Shown in pieces: positions 45,712-51,815 of a stretch of 52,919 bases of DNA. The notes under the pieces were generated by a model, which saw only the letters and a program-made list of their open reading frames with translations, searched no databases and was not told the DNA's origin. The DNA is taken from positions 1 through 52,919 of the IMG/VR virus record IMGVR_UViG_3300045988_125841, one strand, 5' to 3'. The stretch is from a virus. Positions within the stretch are counted from its first letter, which is position 1. The number at the start of each line of letters is the position of its first letter. The position numbers and the translations under genes are program-made.

Positions 45712-45771
45712 GTGTTATAATATATGCCGTTGAACGGTATTGCGGGGGAAATTAAATTCCCCCGCTTTTTT
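45712..45771 (+). ncRNA. Candidate ~45-60-nt antisense small RNA defined by the promoter and terminator above
   Basis: A promoter and a strand-specific terminator lie about 40 nt apart, with no ORF between them. The 5' end is inferred, not observed. Confidence 0.3.
45742..45771 (+). terminator. Plus-strand intrinsic terminator
   Basis: A 9-bp GC-rich stem 'gcgggggaa'/'ttcccccgc' with loop 'attaaa', followed by 'tttttt' on the plus strand only. Confidence 0.7.
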
Positions 45772-45772
45772 A

Positions 45773-46474
45773 TTATTCAATTATATGTACATTCGGTACA
45801 TCTTCAAGCAATTCTCTTAGCTTGTCCGCAACGTTCTTTACTGCCTCACGCTCCCAAGCTCCACCGTCTGCCTCAAACAGTGCCGCTCTTCCGTCTTTAA
45901 GTCTGATTAAGAAATCGCTTTCCGGTTGTTCAACCTCTAAAAATGTTCTGTATGGTTTCAACGTAACAATCGGCTTAATTCTTTGTTCGCCTATCAACTG
46001 AATACCACTCTTGACAGTTGCCGACTGCGTGATACCGTCGTCTTTTGTCTGTACACTCTGTTGGTCTGTTATGTTGCCAAGCAACTGCACAAGATAATCT
46101 CTGTCCTCTGTCGGTGCAAAACGTGATTTTAGGCAGATAATCATATTTTCAATGCTTATATACTCGTTAAAATCGAAATCGATAAATTTTGCTTCGGCAG
46201 TAAAAGGTCTTTCACGTTGCATATCATCTCTGATTGCACCGAACACGTGTACTCGTTCTGCTGATGTTGCTCTGACGAACAGCGGAAGATTATACTCGCT
46301 CATCTCTTGTTTTATCATCTCTGCCAAACCGCTTAGACTTGAAAGGACTATTGTATCAGCAAGTTTGTTTTCAACCCTATATAAGTGCTTGTCCGCAAAA
46401 GCACCTTGCTGTGTTACAATCACCTTTGGTCCTGTCATATCCTCGATTTTTTCAATAAACTCTCTATCAATCAT
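45773..46474 (-). CDS. 233-aa early protein, unknown
   Basis: ORF in the early operon. Confidence 0.7.
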   Translation of the reverse strand: MIDREFIEKIEDMTGPKVIVTQQGAFADKHLYRVENKLADTIVLSSLSGLAEMIKQEMSEYNLPLFVRATSAERVHVFGAIRDDMQRERPFTAEAKFIDFDFNEYISIENMIICLKSRFAPTEDRDYLVQLLGNITDQQSVQTKDDGITQSATVKSGIQLIGEQRIKPIVTLKPYRTFLEVEQPESDFLIRLKDGRAALFEADGGAWEREAVKNVADKLRELLEDVPNVHIIE

Positions 46475-46494
46475 TATCTTTATCCTCCTTTAAA

Positions 46495-46851
46495 TTACAT
46501 TGCTTTCTTAATCGCTATAATCTTCGGTTCGTCTTGCTCCGAGCCGTCTAATGCCATTTGTCCCGGTACTTGTGGCAACATTTCGACTAACGCTTTGCCC
46601 TCGTCTGATTCCGTCAAATACAACGCACTTTCAATGTTGTTCGTTGGTGTCAATGTTGACTTAACCTGTGTTGACATTTTGATGTTCTGTCTTTCGCTGT
46701 CCGGCTTTAGTGATAACGTCAATGTTATCTTTCTTACTGCGTCCGCTTTGGTGTTTAGGTCGGCGATATTATCAACGACCTTGCTTAGCTCATAATCCAA
46801 TCTTTCACCGATTGCGCCACGAGCGACCTCTAATAAATTTGCATTACCCAC
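46495..46851 (-). CDS. 118-aa early protein, unknown
   Basis: GTG start with SD 'aaagga'. Confidence 0.7.
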   Translation of the reverse strand: MGNANLLEVARGAIGERLDYELSKVVDNIADLNTKADAVRKITLTLSLKPDSERQNIKMSTQVKSTLTPTNNIESALYLTESDEGKALVEMLPQVPGQMALDGSEQDEPKIIAIKKAM

Positions 46852-46938
46852 TTTTTATCATTCCTTTCTTGATTTTTTATTTTTTTGTGGTATAATATAT
46901 GTAAAACATAGATTAATCTATGTAATTACCTTTGACCG

Positions 46939-47124
46939 TTATTGAGTTGCCGCTATGACGGTCTTTTCTTTTGCAACGATATTGATGTACGGCTCGCCAC
47001 CGTTACGATTATAACGTACTTCAAAATCAGCACTGCCATTAATCAATATTTTAGTTCTGTCGGGAAATGCATTTAATATTGAAACAAGCTCGTCATTTCT
47101 GTAACTCTCTACTTCGTTATTCAT
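46939..47124 (-). CDS. 61-aa early protein, unknown
   Basis: 8-nt overlap with the upstream gene. Confidence 0.6.
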   Translation of the reverse strand: MNNEVESYRNDELVSILNAFPDRTKILINGSADFEVRYNRNGGEPYINIVAKEKTVIAATQ

Positions 47125-47392
47125 TCTCTTTCACCTCCAACTTCTTCTTGATGTCTTTCAACATCTTTAATTGTAATCTGTATTTCTTATCGACTGTTTT
47201 GTCAGTCGGAATACACAACGACATAATTTCTTTAAACGGCTTACCCTCATACACGCTTATACATATAACCGGTGCAAACTTATTGTCACCTACCATTGTG
47301 TATATCACGACAGGCGCGTCGTCACGTTTTGCCGCCAACAAATTAATCTGCATACATAAATTATGTAGCATGCTTATCTGAACTGTTGTCAT
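47117..47392 (-). CDS. 91-aa early protein, unknown
   Basis: The SD 'ggagga' is supplied by the 3' end of the upstream micro-ORF. Confidence 0.65.
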   Translation of the reverse strand: MTTVQISMLHNLCMQINLLAAKRDDAPVVIYTMVGDNKFAPVICISVYEGKPFKEIMSLCIPTDKTVDKKYRLQLKMLKDIKKKLEVKENE

Positions 47393-47395
47393 TTG

Positions 47396-47488
47396 TTATC
47401 CTCCTATATTCATCATCACGATTATTTCAAATGCTATCAGTAACATTGAAAACATTGTTACCGCAATGATATATTCTGTATTTTTCAT
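47396..47488 (-). CDS. 30-aa hydrophobic micro-ORF
   Basis: Hand translation gives 'MKNTEYIIAVTMFSMLLIAFEIIVMMNIGG'. It has an ATGA start/stop overlap with the upstream ORF. Confidence 0.35.
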   Translation of the reverse strand: MKNTEYIIAVTMFSMLLIAFEIIVMMNIGG

Positions 47489-47682
47489 TTGCCATTCACC
47501 AACGCAATCACTTGGTCTATCTGTCTGTTGGTCTTTTCGTCAAACTTGTGACTGCGTGTTTGTGGTTGTTCTTCTGCGGCATATATACCGCCTTTCATAT
47601 CTGCCATTGCCTTACCGGTATCAACCCACGCTCTTCGACCTTTTTCATTCAGGCTGTTCCATATCCTCATTATCAAATTCAT
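47485..47682 (-). CDS. 65-aa early protein, unknown
   Basis: ATGA coupling on both sides. Confidence 0.55.
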   Translation of the reverse strand: MNLIMRIWNSLNEKGRRAWVDTGKAMADMKGGIYAAEEQPQTRSHKFDEKTNRQIDQVIALVNGK

Positions 47683-47765
47683 TTCTTATCTTCCTCTCTC
47701 ATTAACTTCCAACCGCCGAATAGTCCGATACCGAAACTAAACAAAGCTACACCTATAATGTACAT
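47679..47765 (-). CDS. 28-aa hydrophobic micro-ORF
   Basis: Hand translation gives 'MYIIGVALFSFGIGLFGGWKLMREEDKK'. SD 'agaggt' lies 7 nt upstream. It has an ATGA overlap with the next ORF. Confidence 0.35.
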   Translation of the reverse strand: MYIIGVALFSFGIGLFGGWKLMREEDKK

Positions 47766-47829
47766 ATGTTTTACCTCTCTTTCACTGCCAATATTTATGA
47801 GTCCCTGTTTTAGGGAGCCGTTTTCCTCA

Positions 47830-47921
47830 CAGGCACAAGCGAGTTACTCTAAAAAATACTTAAGTATGATACTATATACAGTAAAATGGAGGTCACAAAA
47901 AGAGTAACTCGTTTCTGCCTG
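47830..47921. repeat. Long interrupted inverted repeat in a 170-nt non-coding gap
   Basis: 'caggca-caa-gcgagttactct' (47830..47850) pairs with 'agagtaactcg-tttc-tgcctg' (47901..47921). The inner palindrome 'atacttaagtat' lies at 47856..47867. Confidence 0.6.
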
Positions 47922-47936
47922 CAAGGTATTTAATTT

Positions 47937-48125
47937 TTATGACATCTCTCTTGCTAACTTAGCGACAGAGATATATCCTTTATTAAAACCAAATAGCTCT
48001 AATACTGTTTTTCTATTCAATCCGCAGAACGTTGCAACATTCTTGACATTCAACATTTCTTTATTGGGATAAACCTCTTTAATCCTTTCAAGGTTGTCCC
48101 TATACGAGGGCTTTTCAAGTGCCAT
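47937..48125 (-). CDS. 62-aa HTH protein (excisionase/MerR-like small DNA-binding protein candidate)
   Basis: Start moved to 'MALEKP' (SD 'ggaggtg' 5 nt upstream). 'MLNVKNVATFCGLNRKTVLELF' is HTH-like. Confidence 0.65.
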   Translation of the reverse strand: MALEKPSYRDNLERIKEVYPNKEMLNVKNVATFCGLNRKTVLELFGFNKGYISVAKLAREMS

Positions 48126-48130
48126 TTCGT

Positions 48131-48232
48131 TCACCTCCACTTCTGCAAGAAACTCTTTACCAACATTACAACCGACACTGGAAACGCTATAGCAGCGAGA
48201 GTGCCACAAGCAATCGCTATCATTACTATCAT
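48131..48232 (-). CDS. 33-aa hydrophobic micro-ORF
   Basis: Hand translation gives 'MIVMIAIACGTLAAIAFPVSVVMLVKSFLQKWR'. SD 'aaaggag' is present. Its stop overlaps the SD of the next gene. Confidence 0.3.
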   Translation of the reverse strand: MIVMIAIACGTLAAIAFPVSVVMLVKSFLQKWR

Positions 48233-48248
48233 TCTTTTCGCTCCTTTA

Positions 48249-48395
48249 CTAATTATATTTAGGTGTTAATCTTACTCTGTAACCTTTGACGGTATCTACG
48301 GAATTAGATTGTATAACCGCAATGGTTACAGGGTTTTCTTCGTCTGTTTCTACTACTATTTTTGTGTATTGACCTAATGTTTCTTTATCAACCAT
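48249..48395 (-). CDS. 48-aa small early protein
   Basis: Hand translation gives 'MVDKETLGQYTKIVVETDEENPVTIAVIQSNSVDTVKGYRVRLTPKYN'. SD 'aaggag' lies 7 nt upstream. Confidence 0.45.
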   Translation of the reverse strand: MVDKETLGQYTKIVVETDEENPVTIAVIQSNSVDTVKGYRVRLTPKYN

Positions 48396-48430
48396 TTTTC
48401 TGCTCCTTATTTAGTTTTTACTTTCTGTTC

Positions 48431-48459
48431 TTGTTTTGCTATCCACATTGTGCTATAAT
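48431..48459 (+). promoter_or_regulatory. Plus-strand promoter for the convergent wHTH-TM gene
   Basis: -35 'TTGTTT' (48431..48436), a 17-nt spacer and extended -10 'TGcTATAAT' (48451..48459). Confidence 0.5.
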
Positions 48460-48499
48460 TTTCTATATCTGCTTTTACAAGTTTTAAGGAGTGATATTT

Positions 48500-48832
48500 A
48501 TGTTAAGCAATCGACAAGTATGTATATTGAAATATCTTTATCCCGATAAAAGAATTAATGAAAATGAGCTATACAAACATTTCAATGTAAACATTGAGGA
48601 TAAAGTTATTCAAGCCTTGTTAAAAAACAAGTTAATTTTTATTGACTCTTCCCAACTATACCAACCTAAACTCATATATCTTACTGAACAAGGTATAGCT
48701 TATATCGAAAATCTTCTTACATCAGAAACTGAAAAGAAATCGCACAATATTCACGAATGGATAAACACTATAATCTCTGGATTAGCATTAATTACAGCTA
48801 TTATTGCTTTAATCGTATCAATAGTGAAATGA
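48500..48832 (+). CDS. Membrane-anchored winged-helix-like protein, encoded convergently inside the early lytic operon
   Basis: ATG at 48500 with SD 'aaggag' 8 nt upstream. The N-terminus is MarR/wHTH-like ('RQVCILKYLY...ELYKHF'). The C-terminal TM is 'IISGLALITAIIALIVSIV'. A weak terminator lies at 48874..48896. Confidence 0.7.
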   Translation: MLSNRQVCILKYLYPDKRINENELYKHFNVNIEDKVIQALLKNKLIFIDSSQLYQPKLIYLTEQGIAYIENLLTSETEKKSHNIHEWINTIISGLALITAIIALIVSIVK

Positions 48833-49083
48833 TAGCTATTATCAAAGCCACTAATGATGTAATTGTTTGTATCCATAAAAAACGTTTATGTTTTTTACTA
48901 TCCATATTTTCTACCTCCTTGTTTGATTTTCACTTATATTGAACGTACTATTTGGATTGCTTGGATTATTAAATTCATAATCGTTGTCGCACAAGTAATA
49001 ATATTAAGTACCATTATTGTTTGATATATATTTATATCGTTTTTATTACGCACTTTTTCATCTCCCTACTCCCTATTTAGTTT

Positions 49084-49269
49084 TTATTTACCGAACAAAT
49101 CATCAATCTTGCATTTCAACACTTCCGCAATGTTAGGCAACTTGTCAGCTGACGGAAAAGCTTTTCCTTTTTCCCAAGCAGATATGTTTGCTTGGCTTAC
49201 TCCGAGCGAGTCGGCAAGCTGTACTTGTGTAAGCCCTGCTTTTTTTCTGCAATGTTCTATTCCGTTCAT
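49084..49269 (-). CDS. Cro-like XRE-family HTH regulator
   Basis: 'GLTQVQLADSLGVSQANISAWEKG' is an HTH. It is transcribed divergently from the repressor. SD 'aaggagtg'. Confidence 0.85.
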   Translation of the reverse strand: MNGIEHCRKKAGLTQVQLADSLGVSQANISAWEKGKAFPSADKLPNIAEVLKCKIDDLFGK

Positions 49270-49295
49270 TTTCTCACTCCTTTTTTATAAAGTAT

Positions 49296-49330
49296 GCTTA
49301 TATTATAAGCTAACTTTATAATTTTGTCAA
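49296..49330 (-). promoter_or_regulatory. Consensus early lytic promoter with an overlapping palindromic operator
   Basis: On the minus strand: -35 'TTGACA' (49325..49330), a 17-nt spacer and -10 'TATAAT' (49302..49307). The palindrome 'gcttatattataagc' (49296..49310) covers the -10. Confidence 0.75.
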
Positions 49331-49379
49331 TAGATTTTATAAATTTTCTTTATATTTCTTTTATATTTCAAAAAATATC

Positions 49380-49424
49380 TTTACAAAAATATAAATAGTG
49401 TTTATAATATAAATAGAATTTATA
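49380..49424 (+). promoter_or_regulatory. Repressor-side promoter with two 17-bp inverted-repeat operators
   Basis: -35 'TTTACA' (49380..49385), a 17-nt spacer and -10 'TATAAT' (49403..49408). The operators 'TATAAAtagtgTTTATA' (49390..49406) and 'TATAAAtagaaTTTATA' (49408..49424) are present. Confidence 0.7.
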
Positions 49425-49446
49425 TTATGATAGAGAGGTGACAAAA

Positions 49447-49860
49447 ATGCTACGCCTTAAAGAATTACGAAAACAGAATAAACTAACCCAACAACAGTTA
49501 GCTGAAATGTTAGGAGTAACGCAAGCAGCTCTGTCAGGTTGGGAGAATGAAAAATTTGGAATAGATAATAGTAGCCTTTTAAAATGTGCAAAAATATTTG
49601 ATGTTTCGATTGACTATTTATTGGGACGTGATGAGGAACAGCTTCCGGAGCTAAACAATAGAGACCAAAAAGAAATACAAGAAATATTAGACGATACCGA
49701 ACAGCAATTATTATCTCAGGACGGTTTAATGTTTGACGGTTCTCCCGCAACAGATGAGGATGTTCAAAAAATAATAATGGCTATGAAAATGGGTATGGAA
49801 ATGATAAAGAAAGAAAACAAAGCCAAGTTTACACCGAAGAAATATCGTAAAAATAATTGA
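49447..49860 (+). CDS. CI/ImmR-like XRE-family repressor
   Basis: ATG at 49447 (SD 'agaggtga'). 'KLTQQQLAEMLGVTQAALSGWENEK' is an HTH. An ImmA-like protease gene follows directly. Confidence 0.9.
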   Translation: MLRLKELRKQNKLTQQQLAEMLGVTQAALSGWENEKFGIDNSSLLKCAKIFDVSIDYLLGRDEEQLPELNNRDQKEIQEILDDTEQQLLSQDGLMFDGSPATDEDVQKIIMAMKMGMEMIKKENKAKFTPKKYRKNN

Positions 49861-49870
49861 GGTATTGCCT

Positions 49871-50311
49871 ATGAATAGGATTGTAAATAAAATTGTATCT
49901 AAGTATCATTCTCGCAATCCAATAGATATAGCGCAAGGAATGAATATAAAAGTTGCTTATGCTGATTTAGGCGAAAATGTACACGGTTTTTACCAATACT
50001 ACAAGCGTGGAATGGTTATATACATCAACAGTTCACTTGATGAGTTTATGCAACTTCAAGTATTGCGTCACGAAATAGGTCACGCAGTGCTACATAGAAA
50101 AACTAATCGTATATTTATGGAGCGTTCAACTTTTCAAGTTCCCGATAAATATGAGAATGAGGCTGACTTGTTTGCAACTTTCCTCGCTATTTCTGATGAT
50201 GATGTGTGCGAATATATAAGCAATGAATATACAGTACAACAAATATCAAATATGACAGGTTGTAAAGAAAAATTTATTGAGCAGAGGATTAGAGATTATT
50301 GTGAGGGGTAA
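49871..50311 (+). CDS. immA: ImmA/IrrE-family zinc metalloprotease (anti-repressor protease)
   Basis: 'LRHEIGHAVLH' is an HExxH motif. The gene lies immediately downstream of the XRE repressor. ATG at 49871 with SD 'GAGGT'. Confidence 0.85.
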   Translation: MNRIVNKIVSKYHSRNPIDIAQGMNIKVAYADLGENVHGFYQYYKRGMVIYINSSLDEFMQLQVLRHEIGHAVLHRKTNRIFMERSTFQVPDKYENEADLFATFLAISDDDVCEYISNEYTVQQISNMTGCKEKFIEQRIRDYCEG

Positions 50312-50361
50312 TAGAATAAGTATGTAAAAATTACCACGATTGTTATACAAGGAGAATTAAA

Positions 50362-50667
50362 ATGGAATTTGCAATAATTTTATTAACTTTCGGTTTAGAT
50401 ATTATACTTCCTATATTGGGTATTGTCGGATATTTCACTCCTGCATATTGGTTATTAAATATATCATTCCTTTTTATTATAGGAAGTACATTTTTTAAAC
50501 ACCTAAGCCTATTTACTATTATCATACACATAATATCTTGTATAATCGGTATTGTAATAGCTGTTATACTTAAACTTCCGATTTTCAATACAATTAAACT
50601 TATACTATGCTTTGAATGGCTTTTGTTGAATATTACTTGTGACATAATGATTCTCTTGAATAAATAG
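50362..50667 (+). CDS. 101-aa polytopic membrane protein, unknown
   Basis: SD 'aaggag' lies 8 nt upstream. Three to four hydrophobic helices are present. It is co-oriented with the lysogeny operon. Confidence 0.65.
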   Translation: MEFAIILLTFGLDIILPILGIVGYFTPAYWLLNISFLFIIGSTFFKHLSLFTIIIHIISCIIGIVIAVILKLPIFNTIKLILCFEWLLLNITCDIMILLNK

Positions 50668-50694
50668 TCGCACATATACAGGTGGAAAAATTAT

Positions 50695-51204
50695 ATGAAA
50701 AAGATAAAGATTACGTTTGAAGAAAATACTGAAAAGAAAAACAAATACAAAAAATATCCTCGTTTAGACCTTGACCGTTTAGCATTTGAAGATGAAGAAA
50801 CCGTTGAGCAAATGCAGATTGATTACATCAAAGCTATCAAGAAGAAAGTTTTAAAACGTTGGTTAGCACCAATGATATTAATATTTATAGCATTTGCTGT
50901 TGGTTTTGCAACATTAAGCGGCTATACGGCTAATAGATATATAACCACAGCAATGCAACAATTTTATTCTGATATGCAACGTAAACCGCTTAGCTTAAAG
51001 CCACGAAACAATAGCACTTCAGATACTACATCGGATAACACATCAAACTCTGTGCCGGGTGCTAATCTTGTCTATGTAACAACGAACGGTAAAAAATATC
51101 ACAGGTTTGGTTGCCAATATCTTTCTTCAGGCAGTATAAAAGCAATGATTGAAAGTAGGGCAATTAACGAAGGTTATACACCTTGCAAGAAATGTTTTGA
51201 TTAA
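50695..51204 (+). CDS. 169-aa single-pass membrane protein: cytoplasmic scaffold-like motif, TM helix, S/T-rich linker and a C-terminal Cys/His zinc-ribbon-like domain
   Basis: SD 'ggtgga'. 'PRLDLDRLAFEDEETVEQMQIDYIKAIKKKV' matches the scaffold segment at 20 of 31 positions. The TM is 'WLAPMILIFIAFAVGFATL'. The C-terminus reads 'KKYHRFGCQYL...YTPCKKC'. Confidence 0.75.
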   Translation: MKKIKITFEENTEKKNKYKKYPRLDLDRLAFEDEETVEQMQIDYIKAIKKKVLKRWLAPMILIFIAFAVGFATLSGYTANRYITTAMQQFYSDMQRKPLSLKPRNNSTSDTTSDNTSNSVPGANLVYVTTNGKKYHRFGCQYLSSGSIKAMIESRAINEGYTPCKKCFD

Positions 51205-51233
51205 ATATATGATAAGAAAGGTGGTATTGTCTT

Positions 51234-51641
51234 ATGTTTTTTTATGTTCTGTGCGTTATATTTTTCTTTTTTGCTCACAAGCAAATATATGCCGGCTCAC
51301 ATTTCACCGGCAGTAATAAAAAGATTGGAACGATTATCGGTATAATCGGTATTGTAAATATGTTAGCTACTTTTGCTTTTTGGGTGTATACAGCAATCAA
51401 AGTGTCGATATTAATCTCTTTAGTTTTGTTTGTAGTATCAATGATATTTACATACATTGTTAATAGAATTTTTGCGAAAGTATCGTTTAAGGAAGTGTCA
51501 AAAATGGACATAAAGCAAGAAGATTTGCAATTCATAATATACAACAGTCGGTGTGACGTGTTTGCAACGATTACATCGGAAGTTGGAACAATAGTAAATT
51601 TGCTCATATTGATAATTTATGTAGTAAGTAAAATTATATAA
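51234..51641 (+). CDS. 135-aa polytopic membrane protein, unknown
   Basis: SD 'aaaggtgg'. Several hydrophobic helices are present. Confidence 0.65.
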   Translation: MFFYVLCVIFFFFAHKQIYAGSHFTGSNKKIGTIIGIIGIVNMLATFAFWVYTAIKVSILISLVLFVVSMIFTYIVNRIFAKVSFKEVSKMDIKQEDLQFIIYNSRCDVFATITSEVGTIVNLLILIIYVVSKII

Positions 51642-51685
51642 GCAAAAGCGAGGATTTTAAACGTGTCGGATTTAATATGTTTAAA

Positions 51686-51723
51686 ATAAAAAAATCCCCC
51701 GACCGCTACCAACAGTCGGAGGA
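51686..51723 (-). terminator. Minus-strand-specific intrinsic terminator between the membrane-protein genes and int
   Basis: Stem 51695..51703 pairs with 51715..51723 (9 bp, one mismatch). On the minus strand it is followed by 'tttttttatttt'. There is no T-run on the plus strand. Confidence 0.55.
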
Positions 51724-51756
51724 TAAGAGTGTATTGAAACACATATTCGCAAAATT

Positions 51757-51786
51757 ATTGTATCACATACACTCTATTTTTGCAAT
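51757..51786 (+). promoter_or_regulatory. Candidate int promoter overlapping the right copy of the inverted repeat
   Basis: 'TTGTAT' (51758..51763), a 17-nt spacer and 'TGCAAT' (51781..51786). This lies 30 nt upstream of the int ATG and contains the partner of 221..243. Confidence 0.4.
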
Positions 51787-51815
51787 ACTAATTTTTAAAA
51801 AAGGAGTGTATTAAA

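Noticed and set aside
46852-46938. A second plus-strand promoter ('TTGATT'-16-'TGgTATAAT') and the palindrome 'acatagattaatctatgt' as another antisense RNA unit
   Set aside because: No plus-strand terminator follows. The region is extremely AT-rich, so promoter-like hexamers are expected by chance. The palindrome may simply be a weak minus-strand hairpin after the 46939..47124 gene.
47937-48209. The 90-aa version of the HTH ORF starting at 48209
   Set aside because: The N-terminal extension overlaps a better-supported micro-ORF in another frame and has no SD. The internal ATG at 48125 has a 'ggaggtg' SD and gives a typical 62-aa HTH protein.
50343-50675. A 110-aa minus-strand ORF opposite the 101-aa membrane-protein gene
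   Set aside because: The plus-strand ORF has an 'aaggag' SD at ideal spacing and fits the co-oriented lysogeny operon. The minus-strand ORF has no SD and would be an isolated gene.
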